From Eledone cirrhosa (lineage: Eukaryota): DNA of 64,000 nt. The position numbers were made by a program, and so were the translations under genes. The stretch lies in the NCBI GenBank assembly GCA_964016885.1, contig OZ024755.1, positions 28,644,001 through 28,708,000 of the forward strand. The letters run 5' to 3'. This document shows positions 36,420 to 51,928 of the stretch, in pieces; within the stretch, counting starts at the first letter, position 1; every line of letters begins with the position of its first letter. The notes below the pieces were generated by a model. The model was not told where the DNA came from. It ran no database searches and was given only the letters and a program-made list of their open reading frames with translations.

Positions 36420-36632
36420 ATGTATGTCGACTATATTCCCATTTAACTAAAACTGATATCATGAAATTAGATAAAGAAAACAAATTCTAATCAAACTTTA
36501 GAAACAATCGCACTGTGTATCGTATAGGTATTGATATTATATGAATCGTTAAAGATCTTGACATAGGACAGTATGTAGGCGGATTGTTTATTGATTTAGA
36601 CAAAGCCTATGACACAGTAAACTTTCGAAATC
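36420..36632 (+). pseudogene. Old non-LTR reverse transcriptase remnant
   Basis: IVKDLDIGQYVGGLFIDLDKAYDTVNF: D-x-KA(F/Y)D-V RT motif. Confidence 0.7.
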
Positions 36633-36680
36633 TTTGTACAAGTCTATACATATTCTATTTATAAAACAACTATCACTGAT

Positions 36681-37308
36681 CATCATCATCAACATCCGGC
36701 GGCCTCAGTCGAAATGGACTCAACAATTGATCTCCACGTGGTTTCTGACGTTCATTGCCGTTGCCAAGTCCTGGATTTCAATACCAGAATCTCTGGAGAT
36801 GACATGGGGAGAGGAAAGCGTGCGCCCCCTGTTATTAGTGACTGCTTGTGGTTTCCAAAGCACTAATAGAGACACAGCCTCAGATGTTGCACGATGGCAG
36901 TGACCAGAAAATCTTTCTCTCCTTTTACGTACAACGACAGATATGCCTGAGAGGCCGGCATATAGTTCTTTCAAAGTTAGATGTCACCAGCTTATGTTCT
37001 GAATGCTTTGAATTAGGCGAGTGTAAGTACCATCAAGGCGGTTTTGTTGTTTGGATGAAAGCGTCCATGTTCCACTTCCATATAGCAAGATTTTTTGAAC
37101 TGTTGCTTGGAAGAGTCTGATCCTGGTTTGGTTTGAAATATTTGAGCGCAAAACTCGATCCATCTTGTTGCAAGCTGACCATGCTTGGGCCTTTCTGGCG
37201 GCGAAATCCTTGTCAGAGTCCATGATCTAAGACCCAAGATACTTGAAATCCTCGACTTGCTTGATATCACTGCCGTTGATTGCTTTGATATGTACTCTAT
37301 TTTACCCT
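36681..37308 (-). mobile_element. 5'-truncated RTE-like LINE with 11-bp TSD
   Basis: QVEDFKYLGS*IMDSDKDFAARKAQAWSAC...LLYGSGTWTL...; (GAT)n tail; CTATCACTGAT at 36670-80 and 37309-19. Confidence 0.9.
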
Positions 37309-39114
37309 CTATCACTGATAGACGAACAATGTTGTGTTGAATGTGCAGTTCCTTATCCGAAGGGGACAAAGTTTGGCGTCCTAGTATTGTTCCGATCATG
37401 GTTGTATATTTCCAGGTTATATATATACCCAGGTTAAACCCCAGCCATCTCTTTTCAGGCCTGGTGTTTATAGGATATTCCTTTTTATATATGATCGATT
37501 GTAATTTTCAACGCAATTTGACTGAAAATATTAATTAATCAAGCGTGCAGTTGGTTGTGTGAGCCCAGGGGTCAGCTGCACTCTACCCCGCCAAAAAAAA
37601 AAAAAAAAAAAAAAGAACGCATTCAGTCTGGAGCACTAAATTCCGCGAGAATATAGAGCTGGATATAAACCGCAAAGTTTCTTTTCCTGGCATGCGCTGA
37701 CCATTCTGCTATTTCACTGTCACAAAAGTTTAACTGAACATTATAGATCTGTTGGATTATGCAGGAGAATATTTGCGGTATTCAGTCAAGTATGACTTTA
37801 CACTGAGCAAATTGAAATTAGTTTTAGTCATACCAATATATATCTACAAACATTACTTTTCCTCAAGCCTGTAATTGTTTCTTATGTTAGCAAACCATGA
37901 TTCGAACAATCCCTCTGTGTGTTGGTGTGTAAATATATATATATGTGTATTAGTAATTATATACTATAAAATATTGGTAAAATAATTTATAGTCATACCC
38001 AATGATAGCTGTCATCCATTATACACGTCTTGTTTACCCCTATCATATCTCTTATTAAAATATTGCGCTTCACGCTCCATTGATGCAGCAATGTAGCTTG
38101 ATTGACAAAATATTTTGTGATAATATATCGATAAAAATGACGTCAAATATCGGTTCATTTTCATTGAATCCCCTTTCGCCAACTAAAGCACATGAAAAAA
38201 ACTGTAGTAGTGTCTCTGGAGGAAGACAGAACCTTTCACTAAATAACCAAAGAAGCTCTGGTCAGATATTTGCTGGGATATAAGAATCATATGAAGGTAG
38301 CCAATAGCAATAGTAACGCCTTGGGGCCGCTTACCATAGATGGACAGCTGACGAAATTGTTTTAAATATGCGTGGGATGAGACCAGATGGCATATAACCA
38401 TCCCCAGTTATTTCTGATTATTTGTGATGCCTGCTATAAGTGCAGAAAAAAAACTGATATAAAACTATAGACATATTACAAATGCTGATAACCTAGTCCT
38501 TAATATACAAGAGCTATATGAAAATGAAAGTATAGTCTAAACAGATACAGGAAATGTGTTAAAATGAGATATGAAAATAAAATATGCATATTTCAAGATT
38601 CCATTACATAGCAAGGCATTATCACATTACATGGATCTGAAATAGAAAACAATACAGCCATTTTGTTTTTCGGCTAAACAACCGAGAAAATTTAAAATGA
38701 ATGATCACAGTTACACCTACAGTCCTTTGAGGTAAAGAACCAAGATGTATTACAAGAAGCTATCAGTAAGAGACTCAAAAGCATGTTGTGTAATGGACTC
38801 ATTCTCTAAATTGCAAAGTATGCCCCGAAAATACAACTCTATAATACAACATGTGGTGTTTAGAGTCTATATTGCACCTGTCTTGTAATGGGATAAGCGA
38901 AGAAATAATTCTACAGGGAATGATATTTGCATGATATACACTCTTTCTGCGACAAATTTCCAAACCCAAGACCAGATATTCTTCAAGCAATGAGTTTTGA
39001 AAATTATACAGAAATTCAGACATGAAAAATATATAAAGATGTTATTTCCGAATATAAAAATGAAACTTATGTAAAAATAATTCTTAAGAAACAATATTAT
39101 ATTAACATTATATT

Positions 39115-39303
39115 GGCGGTGGATTGGCAGTGTCGATAGAGGGTCGGACGCCATGCTTTCCAGCATAGAGTTACGTCCCTTTATGATCTGAGTTCAAATC
39201 CAGCCGAGGTTAACTTTGCCTTTCATCCTTACGGGGTCGATAAAATAAAGTACCAGTAATGCACTGGAATAATTGCTGGCCTTGTGCTAAAAGTAGAAAC
39301 AAT
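39115..39303 (+). mobile_element. SINE family A
   Basis: Full consensus; ATTAACATTA on both flanks. Confidence 0.9.
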
Positions 39304-39764
39304 TTTATTAACATTAGATATATTTTTTGAAACTTTCGAAGTTTCACATTGTCATATGTCTTTATTTTTAATCATATTGCTTTACATACTTGCCAGGTAA
39401 TATTTATTTGTTATAAATGGTGGGGTTAGAAATCTTCGTTATTTTACATACGTTTATCAAACTTAATTTCAGTGTATATGCTTCATAACTACATTTTCAA
39501 AATAATTGTTAAATCAATAAATACTTTTGTTAACCAAGACTTCGCCTGCTGTAATATACCTCATGGAAATTGGAGAAGTAGTCGATTATAAATTTCCTTT
39601 TTCCCTTTCAAAGTCTCTTCACAGTATGGGAGATGTTGTGTATCTAATATTTATTTTACATTAGTTGTAGTGTTGATTCCAATTGTTGAATTACTGACTT
39701 CTTACGTCATTGCCTACTAAAATAATATTACAATCTAGTCTGTTAAGGGCTTAGATTATAATGG

Positions 39765-39804
39765 TATATATATATATATATATATGTGTATATATATATA
39801 TATA

Positions 39805-39835
<31 letters not shown>

Positions 39836-39886
39836 GGTAATATTGGTTATTTTCTTTCACTCTCTCTCTCTCTTTCTGTCTCTCTT

Positions 39887-39919
<33 letters not shown>

Positions 39920-39949
39920 GTACATACACACACACACACACATACACAT

Positions 39950-39996
<47 letters not shown>

Positions 39997-40023
39997 CACA
40001 TACATATATATATATATATATAT
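39765..40023. repeat. (TA)n/(CT)n/(CA)n compound microsatellite
   Basis: Direct inspection. Confidence 0.95.
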
Positions 40024-41764
40024 GCCGACGCATAAATTGTTCAAAGAGGTATACGCAATATATATTGTCAGATTTTTGTTAATATAACTTCACAGACAGA
40101 CGAATACAATTACGTGATGTTCATTTCTTTCAATAACATTGATGTTTGCAGCGTAACTGAGTGTTTCCAATGATTTCTCTTACTAGTTGTAGAAGTGTTC
40201 AAGATTGGAGCCAGTGTCATACTTTCAATGTATACAGGACCCTTATTTACATCGGAAGAGGAAGTCATACAACTATCTGTGACATCAAAAGTGTATGTAA
40301 AATTAAATGACACTAACCGGAAATGAAATGCACTTACAGGACTAGATATGGCAATGATTTAACTCTTGCCCTAGATATTTTGCAGTTGAAAACCACGTGA
40401 CAAAATGATCTGTTGCACTATGAAGCAACTAATCATCTGTGTCAGCAGAAATTTAAAGTTTATAAATTTTGTAAAAAATATACGCATTCATGTTTCGTGA
40501 GATGTTATTTCTGACGTTTCTTGTAAATGAATAAATTTATAATGTTTATACAGAGAGATATGTAACATTTCAAAACTGCATTCAACGACGTATTGCAACG
40601 ATAAAATCCAAGACGAAGATTCTGTAATATATTACCCACAAAAAAAAAAAAAAAAAATAGAAAACTTTAACGATGGAAGTTAATAAGGACCCCAGGTGTT
40701 ACGAATATATTATAATCCGAAATATGACCTAGAAATGATCGATATTTCTTCTAACAATTATGAATTGATTTGAAATTAAACTCTACATAAGCCACAAGGA
40801 AAGACTCCTATACATTCCACACAATGTTTCCTCAACAAAGAAGTTCCCATCACAAGAATATGGCTACATTATTCCGGGAAAAAAAAAAACGTTTTCATGG
40901 TTTCTTTTGTACACATAAACTTGCTGATATACATTTTATAATTTGTCATGCAGTAAATTCTTAACTGCCATCGTAAAGCAAAGCACTTGTTTTACAATCT
41001 TTACAGTCCTATCCCCAAATTCATTTAAACTAAATTTCTGGGAACTTAGTTGAAATATGTACGTGAAACTCAACACCACGTGTATTTTTTTTTATCTCTA
41101 AAAAAATATTTTGTTACTCTTATTATGATATATATCTTAAACCGGAAACGATGTCAACTTTTCAATTCAGTTAGATTAGTATTCTATATACAGGTGTCTT
41201 TATAAGATGTATTTTATTTAGTTTATATTCATTTATTTGGAACAAATACATTAAATTCTAGACGCATTTATGGAATCACATCAGAATTTATTACAAGTGG
41301 GGAACAAGAAAAAAAATCTACCAATTGAAATAGAGTAAAAAATTAAAACTGTCACGAATTAAGAGTTGTATAGAAAGATCTATATAGATGAAATAACACG
41401 TACTTAAATGTGTTTTATCAAGTATACACTTAATGATATTGATAGGCAGATTGAAAAAATATTTTAACTGCAGTGTTATCTAGAAATTATAGCGCCAAAG
41501 GAATGACATGCATAGGATTTAAAAGTTATTACGACTGTAAAAATGCCAGAAGTTTGAAATTAAAATGTGTGCCGCCAAAGCCCATTTAATTAGACTTCAA
41601 TTTCCATAGAAATAAAAAAAGCTTCATAATGAAGAAAAGATGTGCAACTGTGGTAAATTTTGTGGATGTTGATATTTCACTACCATGAGAACAGTTTTGA
41701 AAAGAAAATGTCTTGGTTGCACCCTACCTCGTTAATATTGTTAGAACCGGAGAAAAGTTTATAG

Positions 41765-42052
41765 TAATGTTTTTGATTTTGGCACAAGACCAACAATTTT
41801 AGGGGAGGGTAATGGTACTTTATTTTATCGACTCCGTAGGGGGAAAGGCAAAGCTAACCTAAAATAACTGTTTCTACGTTTGACGGAAGGTCAGACTTTA
41901 CCCCAGTACATTATTGGTACTTTATTTTATCGAGCCCGTAAGGATGAAAGCTAAAATTAACCTCGGCGGGATTTGAACCCACAATGTAAAGGGCCATAAC
42001 TCTATGCTGCAAAGCATTGTGTCCTCCGTTCTACCGATGCTGCCAATCCACA
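41765..42052 (-). mobile_element. Two diverged SINE family A copies
   Basis: Consensus match. Confidence 0.8.
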
Positions 42053-43009
42053 GCCAATCTAACCTATAATAATACATACAGCAAAATCTGATTCCAACAA
42101 ATAAATACACATGCCTGTTTGCGAGAGTTGATGTATATGTATGTATAAATCCTGTGAAAATAATATATTTGTTGTTTAAATTCAGACGAAACTTATGTTC
42201 TAAGTAAGGTCATCTCATTCTCTATTTAGATATAGGTAATATGTGGCCATGTTATGTAATGTAACGTAACGTTCCTCTTTGCCGATGGAGTGGAAGTTGA
42301 TAGATATTTAGTGCTTACGTATACCAGAGTGAATAATCGTTTAGAAAGTTGATGGTTCAGTGTGAAAAAAAAGCAACATTTCATATTTAACTGAAACAAC
42401 AGCAATGAAAATGGGTTAGAATACGCGAAAACGTACTTCATAACATATTACAGGGATCATATTGTGAAATTCGACGATATTATAACCATTGAAATTGAAG
42501 TAGGGAACTGCATGTTGTCAACTCATATATACTAACAATCATGATGTATTATGTTTTAAAACAACTACATGTATCCGAAGCAAACACAATGATTTTATTA
42601 ACATAACACTCTAAAAACACGTACTTATAATCTTTGATATGTTAATCTAATCAATATCATGTCAGTGTTTAAAATAACTACGCCCTCAAATAACTACGCC
42701 CTCAAATAACAACGCCCTCAAAAATCTTATAACTCCGGTACAAAAAATCTACTCTGAGTATTTCTGTCCAATTCAACTGCTAGAATTTTCTATTAAATAT
42801 ATTTGTTTTAAAAAAAGAATTTCCATATTGGGTGATATAATCTTAAATATATTGTGTCTAAAAGTAGTGTTGAGTTGGTCGTGGCTGGAATGATGTTTCC
42901 CTGGCCCTACACGATCCGAGGTGATTTAAATATAATCACAAATTCATTTGTTAGAGTTCCTTCTGGAGCTGGGCAGCTGCAGGCGTGAGGCTTGCGAGAT
43001 GGAATTGCT

Positions 43010-43145
43010 CTTGCAGTGCATTTCCCTTGCAATCCTCCGGGGAAACCCCTCTCCATTCTGTCCACTGGAGCCGTGAGGAGGCCAGCACGTGGGACCCCAT
43101 TTGCTCACCATACAGAAAGATGGGGAGGGCGAAAGAGATGGAGGC
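43010..43145 (-). mobile_element. Interspersed GC-rich repeat (possibly LTR-derived)
   Basis: GTGAGCAAATGGGGTCCCACGTGCTGG...GTGGACAGAATGGAGA shared with 54680-54810 in the opposite orientation. Confidence 0.55.
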
Positions 43146-43607
43146 CATGACAGTTTAACTTTATTATCACTCGGACTGTCATAATAGTAACAATTTTCTC
43201 ACAGACTTACTCTCTTGTGATGCTTACAATAAAAAAGAATTGAGTAATTGGGTATACAATTACAGGGTCGTATGACATGTAATCAATTCTAGTTTGCTAA
43301 AAGAGAATAGAACCAAGCATTGAATAATACAGTCTTACACTATATCTATAAAACAACATGATGGGATGTTCATGATTAGATGTTTGGATCTACTCGATCA
43401 GGAGAGATTTTGACTATGCGACAAAATCAACGAAAATAAAAAACGCAAAATAATCTCCAGGAAATTGTACCTTGTTTTCATATTATGGGTAATGTCACAT
43501 TAGCGAAAAAAAAACAGGTTACGTTACACCAGCACGGTGACGGATGTGTCACGCTGGAATGAAAGGAACGGATGATCATAGATCAGTTTGATCACTGTTG
43601 ACTAATG

Positions 43608-43775
43608 GTCGAGACCTTAGGCGTACTTGGATGCCATATTGCCGAGCTCCTCCGCAAAATCGAATCGTTAGTAGCTCGTTTGCGGAAGGAGCCCAACCAG
43701 GTGGGGTGGCTGTTGTAGCGCCTATCGCTGGCCATCGTCCGCGGAAATGTTTTTGCGGTCTTCTACTCGAGGTGC
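43608..43775 (+). pseudogene. CRE-like non-LTR retrotransposon, restriction-like endonuclease C-terminus
   Basis: VETLGVLGCHIAELLRKIESLVARLRKEPNQVGWLL*RLSLAIVRGNVFAV: ET-G...QR-S-A--RGN motif. Confidence 0.75.
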
Positions 43776-44759
43776 AACCAAAATCACAATTGCACCCTAG
43801 GACTATAGCCTTTCACCATACATCTACGCTCTCTCATTCTTTTGTGACCCTAGAGCCCATGCCCTGCCCTTCATTTTCTGTTTTTAAATATCTGTAGTGT
43901 TGTTGATATTTGAAATAGTATTGGTAACGGTCAAAGAGAGAATATTTATTGCCTGAAATTAGAATAGTTTTAACATAGCTACTTATACGAGATACGATTT
44001 ATTTTATTCCCCAAATACTGCTCGTTTAATTTCATCACAGGTTCGAGGCAAATGAGCAGATATATCATAAAGGAGGTTCCATTGGATAATATCAACCCCA
44101 TTAATTTATTTAATTCTATATATTCAGATGTCTATTTCTTTTTTAAAGACGAAACGTCGTTATGTGAGAAATCGTTGCAGTGTTTTCAAGTAGTTTACGA
44201 GAGAGAGGTTTATGAATTTAGCTCGAGAATATTGAGTATATTTTAAGTATCAAATGAAGGATTAGAGAAAAACTCAACACTTCCTCCATAAAAGACGCAA
44301 ATTTAAATGGATTACAGGTATATATAGATATATTGATTAATATGCTCTACTCCCAGAGGAATACTAATCTATTTTGTAATTGAAATTTTATATCAGAATT
44401 TGTAGTTATTCGGCAATTCTGGGATGTATAGAATGAATTTATTATTAAAACAAATACAAATACCAACATGTTTTATATGCAATATATTTTAACTGTTAGA
44501 ATGTGAAAACAGAGATGCTTGGAGTTACTATAGTATTCATGTCTTTTTTTTTTTAAACTCGATAAGGTATTATTCTGTTTTTCACTGTTCTGAACAGAAA
44601 GTAAATTGGAAATCTGACTTGCCTCTATTGATAAGCTTCTTCCAAGACTTAGGTTTACTAACCTGATAAATCAATTCACAATCATACAATCAGGCAAAGA
44701 AAAACATACGTACATACGAACTTACTTACACAAACACTCACGTACGCACAAACACACAA

Positions 44760-44807
<48 letters not shown>

Positions 44808-45062
44808 GTATATACTTATACAATTAAGTCAAAGATGTACATCCATATATGTATACTGAAATACTAGTATGTATATGAATACACACACGTATACATATGT
44901 AGATGTACCAAGTTTTTTTTCACTGATCACTTTACTGTGAGTGGCCAGCTATTCTGTATGTAAACACACAGACAAACCGGTTTTTAGAGTCATACTGGTT
45001 TTTGAGGAAACACCTTTCCTCTATTCTCCAGAAAGCCAGACAATATACTTATATACTTATAA

Positions 45063-45147
<85 letters not shown>

Positions 45148-45599
45148 ACAACTAGAAATTGATTAACATATAAATAAACAATCACAGGGGATAATTTTTA
45201 CAAGTGTGCAAGCACACATAGCTAGGTAGGTAACTCAATAAAGTTAACTAGAACTTCAGAAATAGATACCTTATAATATGATTAATCTTCCCTGTATATA
45301 TTCCATGAAAGAAATATGTTTCACCAATTAATCGAATGGTAAACCACGGACGCCGATACTGGGATTTTCAACAAGGAAGAAGTCCAACCATCTGTGTTTA
45401 CGCATTAAGTTCAAATCAGCGACTGGCCAGTAACACGTGCTGTATCTACTAAAAATACACACATCATACCAGCTTCGTCCCAGTGGCGTGAATAGGGTTA
45501 TCGACAACTATAAACAGCAGTCAAGTCCTTTCAACAGAGTTAGCTCTACAATTAAGGAGCCGTATTTATATATCTATGTCCAAAATTAAGATAAATCCC

Positions 45600-45670
45600 T
45601 ATTTTATCTGATGAGAACGCAAGTGTCATCCCATGATGATATTTGTTTTTGAAATGCGCATAATAAAATA
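45600..45670 (+). ncRNA. Minimal type I hammerhead with long stem II
   Basis: TATTTTAT-CTGATGA-GAACGCAAGTGTCATC CCAT GATGATATTTGTTTTT-GAAA-TGCGCA-TA-ATAAAATA; palindromic ATGCGCAT stem III. Confidence 0.82.
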
Positions 45671-45764
45671 CATGGAACTCTTTTAACCATCTTTTGATCT
45701 TATTACTTTTGACCTTATTACTTTTGCTTTCAATAATTTGTCGGTGGCCCGTCTGATGAAGCCC

Positions 45765-46000
45765 CGCAGAAGAACGTAAAATAAACAAACACCGAGGCTA
45801 ATCCGGCCGCTTGCTCTTCGCACCGGTCGCCGTATAGACATCAGGCGTGCTTGGACCCCGTACTGCGGATCTCCTCCGCAAGTTCGGAACGTTAGTGACC
45901 CGTCTGAGGAGGGAGCCCCACGAGGTTGGGGGGTTTGTCGCAGCGGGTGTCACTGGCCATCGTCCACGGGAATGCTTTTGCCGTCTTGTCCGCGAGGCGC
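45765..46000 (+). pseudogene. Second CRE-like endonuclease fragment
   Basis: AEERKINKHRG*SGRLLFAPVAV*TSGVLGPRTADLLRKFGTLV...(frameshift) LSQRVSLAIVHGNAFAVL. Confidence 0.78.
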
Positions 46001-46209
46001 AGCATTTCTACCCTCTTGCCCTTGGCCCAAAGCCCAATCACCCTTCCCCTTCACCCTCCTCTCTCTTCTGCGACACCACATCTCTTGCCATCGCCTCCCC
46101 TTCTCGTTTTTTCTTATTTTTTTCTCTATATTTCTCTATTCTTTCTTTCCTTTTGTTTCCCTTTTTTTTAATTAATGCTGTCATTATAGTTGTCATAATA
46201 TTGACAGTA

Positions 46210-46612
46210 TTGGCAGTATTGGCAGAGTGCTTTGTAGCATAGAGTTGCGGCCCTTTATGATTTGATTTCAAATCCTGCTGAGGTTAACTTTGCCTTTCCT
46301 GCTTACGAGGTCGATAAAATAAAGTACCAGTCACGCATTGGGGTCGAATTAATCAACATACCCCCCCCCCATAAAAAAAAATTCCTGGCCTTGTGCCTAT
46401 CTAAGAAAACATTATTATTGTTATTGCGGGGTCGGTGGATTGGCAGTATCGATAGAGGTCGGACACCATACTTTGACGCATAGAGTTACGGCCCTTGCCC
46501 TTCTGAGGTTCAAATCTCCCCGAGGTTAACTTTGCATTTCGTTCTTACGGATTCGATAAAATAAAGTACCAGTAATGTACTGGGTAATTTGCAAAAGGAG
46601 AAACAATTATTA
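46210..46612 (+). mobile_element. Two SINE family A copies
   Basis: Consensus match. Confidence 0.85.
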
Positions 46613-47738
46613 TTGTTATTGCAAAAAATAAAATTATTTGATGTTATTTATCTCCTATGTGTGTCATTATGTAGAATATACATAGATTGTTCACTGCTAT
46701 TTTACTTTGTTTTGTAGTCTGCTGTGTGTTTCAATTGATCTCTGACGAATATGCATGGTGACCCCCATGAGCGAGGTTTGTCCTCATGCAGCCAATTTGT
46801 GAGTTGTTGGTTTGAACCTTTAGAATTAGATATTTGCGACCACATTTACAAACCAGATTGGTTATTTTTACAATAAGTATAGCCTTTTCAGGAAAATTCG
46901 TTGATTATTTTACTTAACTCCTCTTAAACACATACTTAATAGGTAAACTAATGGATTATTTATGGTAGGCTTTTAGGTGGTCAACCAGTGATTAAATGGA
47001 GGTAAAGCAAAAGAGTAACTGAAAATAATCCGGTCAATACGTTGAACATGGAGTTTTCGTGAACTTTACCGTAATTATGACGGATAAAGACACCTATATG
47101 TGTGTGTGTGTAGAAACATATTTACCTGGATGTCAAGATCAGATATGAACAAATACATATTGTAAATGCATAAAAGCTTATAAAGTATGAGTTCAAAATT
47201 AACTGGGATAAAATACATGAAGCAATGTACTAATTTATCAATGTGTATATGTTTGTATTTCTCTATCAGAGCTTATCTTGATACGAACATTCCATTTAAT
47301 GAAACCCACCCATACCACACTATAAGGTGGTAATTACTCTCACATCAATCTTACATCTATGTTTTCCCTCACTCTCATTCTTTATTTCTTTCGTTCTTTC
47401 TGTCATTCACAACTTTACTGTCTACATATCATATTATTTGTGTCTACTTTAGGCACAAGGCCAGCAATTACCCAGTTCATATTGAGTTGATGTTGATGTA
47501 TAAAGTGGTATTTTGAAACGATTTCATTAGTATATATACAAACACACACATGCTTATAAAAAAACATATTTTTAATACATGAACATACACAGACACACGC
47601 ACACACAATCAAACAGAGATACACACGCGCACCACACACACACATATATACAAAGACATTTAATAATGTGAAATATATGTCGGTCTCCCCCTATATATAT
47701 ATATACGTCAAAGCTATTTGTAAAACTGTTATATATTG

Positions 47739-47803
47739 TATTTTATCTGATGAAGGCATACCATAATTTAATGTGGTATCCCTGAAATATGTATAGTGAA
47801 ATA
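47739..47803 (+). ncRNA. Minimal hammerhead motif
   Basis: TATTTTAT-CTGATGA-AGGCATACCATA ATTTAA TGTGGTATCCCT-GAAA-TATGTA-TA-GTGAAATA; followed by (TA)n. Confidence 0.72.
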
Positions 47804-47842
47804 AATATGGTTTTATAAATATAGTTTCCATTTATTAATATC

Positions 47843-47937
<95 letters not shown>

Positions 47938-48474
47938 AATATATATGTGTGTGTGTGTAAAAGGACACATCTTTGAATTCTATTCAGCGCCTGTATAGAC
48001 ATAGATTATTGCCTTTATATATAATCGAATTTGAAAGTCTCACAACAATGGAGAACAATAAAAACATGTATAGATGATAATTTGAAATCGTCCATCAACA
48101 ACAGTTTCTCCATTACGCTTCAAAACTTTTCAGTAGATTCATTTAGATATTAGATAAAAGATATTGTATGTCGTCTTAATGCCAAATTGAAAGTTTTTGT
48201 GTATAGAGTGTGTGTGTCTGTATCTGCGAGTACGTCTGTGAATGCAATCAGGGGTTCGAATAACTTCGTATTTGCTTAATCCGGGTTCCCTTTTGCTTTC
48301 TACAGTTGTTCTAATGTCTCTACTGGGTCCCTAATTTCTACATTGGCAAGGGATCTAACGCAGGGGGTCGTTAACTAGTTCCTTCTTTATTGATGTCTGA
48401 TATTGTACAATTTTTGTTCACTAAGGTATTTCTTTATTTTCATTCAGAATGGCACTAACATGATTATATATATA

Positions 48475-48655
48475 TCGTCAAATCGGACCAAGGATACAAT
48501 GTTTCCGTTGGTCTTTCAAATTGTTAATACAATCTATCGGTCGTAACTCCAGGTAGAAGGAGCAACGTGAAGAATAAAGTGTCTTATTCAAAGACATAAC
48601 GCATAGCCCGATCCAGGAATCGAACTGACAACCTCTCGATTGCGGATCCAGTCTC
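48475..48655 (-). mobile_element. tRNA-derived SINE family B fragment
   Basis: Homologous to 54050-54225. Confidence 0.8.
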
Positions 48656-48666
48656 GTATTGGGGTC

Positions 48667-49155
48667 GATGCTTCCTCTATATCTCTTTTTCATTTCCTCT
48701 CTCTTTCTATCTTTCTCTGGAAGAAATCTGTTGTAATAACGCCTGGAGAGGAGAGAGACCGGCTCGGCCAGGTTTCAAATGTCCACGAAACGCCGTTTAT
48801 CAATACAGCGTTGCTAATACTCTATCAGGAGTTACGGGACCATGCGTATGCTTTTCCTACTTGCATCGTTACTGTAATAGTGTACACACTGTTTGCTTTA
48901 CCCGGAGTATGTTACATACATTAAAATTCCTAATCACTCTGAACCAGTTACCATCAACCGGATGCTTCTAGCTCTATATCTCTTTCTGAATTCCTCTCTC
49001 GCAGTTTTTATCATTCTCTGGAATAAATCTGCTGTATTATGGCCAGGAGGGGAATGGGATCCGTCAGACTTAAAATGTCCAAGAAAGGCCGTATGTCGTA
49101 TGTCAATACGACGCCCCTACGACTTTATCGGGAGTTACGAGACCATACATACATA
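48667..49155. repeat. Old direct duplication (~185-bp units, ~295 bp apart)
   Basis: GATGCTTC...CTCTGGAA(G/T)AAATCTG...AAATGTCCA...GGAGTTACG(G/A)GACCAT occurs twice; related to 63470-63540. Confidence 0.65.
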
Positions 49156-49556
49156 CAATACGTTGGCGGCAGTTGCTGAAAGAAGACTGCAATGCTCGAC
49201 AGGCAATGTTCGACACAGGCAATGTTCGACACAGGCAATAGTTTGTATATAGAGAGTGAGCATTGCAGAACATGTAATTGCGTTGAAAGCGGCAAAGAAC
49301 ACACTAGAAAGATTCGTTTCTATCCTGTTTAATGAATGGAATACTCATGGGATAAAAAAAACAAAACATTACTTCGTTGAATGTCATATTAACATGTTGA
49401 GGAGAACAGAAATATTCAGCCACAAACATTATAAAGGTAAAAACATACCTCATCACGAAATACATTCGGGAATTTGTTTAATTGCTTTCAGATTTTAAAC
49501 AATAAAAGTTGAAATAACATGGTATGTATATATTTCCATATAGTATATTTCTTTGT

Positions 49557-50990
<1,434 letters not shown>

Positions 50991-51247
50991 TTATATTAGT
51001 TTTGCGAGGTATTTTATATGAAATCGTGTGTTGAAACAAACATTGTTATACTTGGGGAGGGTCATATTTGTGTAATATTGCCAGAATTAATAACAGAACA
51101 CACTCACTGTTTGGTTGGTTTTCGCTTTTCGCTTCTGTGTCTTTTATATCGGTAATCTAATTTATTCGGTCCTCAATGTTGCCATTGACTGACCAACGGT
51201 AAAAAATAATACAGATACAATATAGACACAAACATATATATATTGTT

Positions 51248-51291
51248 TATCAAAGTTCTTTCGTTGCACATCTGCAACATCGTCAGTGGTG
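51248..51291 (-). ncRNA. Minimal hammerhead motif of the 26.9-kb family
   Basis: CACCA-CTGACGA-T GTTGCA GATG TGCAAC-GAAA-GAAC-TT-TGATA, within pLTR-like repeat 51000-51330. Confidence 0.65.
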
Positions 51292-51928
51292 CTATTGTTT
51301 CCTCCCGCTACATTGTATGTCTACGCCATCTTTATTTAGTCTGTTTATATATTTATTTATTTATTTGTTTGTTTGTTTATTTTATTTTGTCTTCTTTGCG
51401 CATGCGTTTGCGTGTGTGTATAGTGTTTTGTTTGATGTGTGTTCATGATTGGGTGACTGTGTGTTGGTTAATGTATTCTATGTTTACTAGTGTGTGTTTA
51501 TATGTGTTTGTTGTTATTGTGCTTGTGTATTTATTTATTTATTTATTTATTTATTTATCTATTTATTTATTTATTTATACTTCTCTTAGATCAGTGTTGT
51601 TTGTTTGGGTGTTGTTGTTATTCCATTCATTCTTTCTGTTTAGTCTTGGCCTTCTAAGTTTTATAGAACTTAGTATATTTGACAGTATTCTTCTACAAGC
51701 AGGCTGTTGTTTGTTTCTATAGAAACAACCACCTTTAGAAACTGTAATTACACGGATTTTCCGCATCAAATCTCACGTCTTCCTATGTAACAACCACCAT
51801 AAGGCGTGTAACTCTCATAATTATTAACATTTGTCCCTTTAGTCTTGCACTCGTATCAATCATTGCCATCAGTCAAGCCGATAGATATTATTTTCATCTT
51901 ATAATTATTGTATATTCTCACCCAAGGC

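Noticed and set aside
38100-38440. Exon-like minus-strand segment with AG and GTAAG signals
   Set aside because: All three frames from the candidate acceptor hit stops; no recognisable protein.
51620-51770. Possible GIY-YIG C-terminus (IKLRRPRLNRKNE) upstream of the 51.25-kb hammerhead
   Set aside because: Only a short, weak motif; needs an HMM search.
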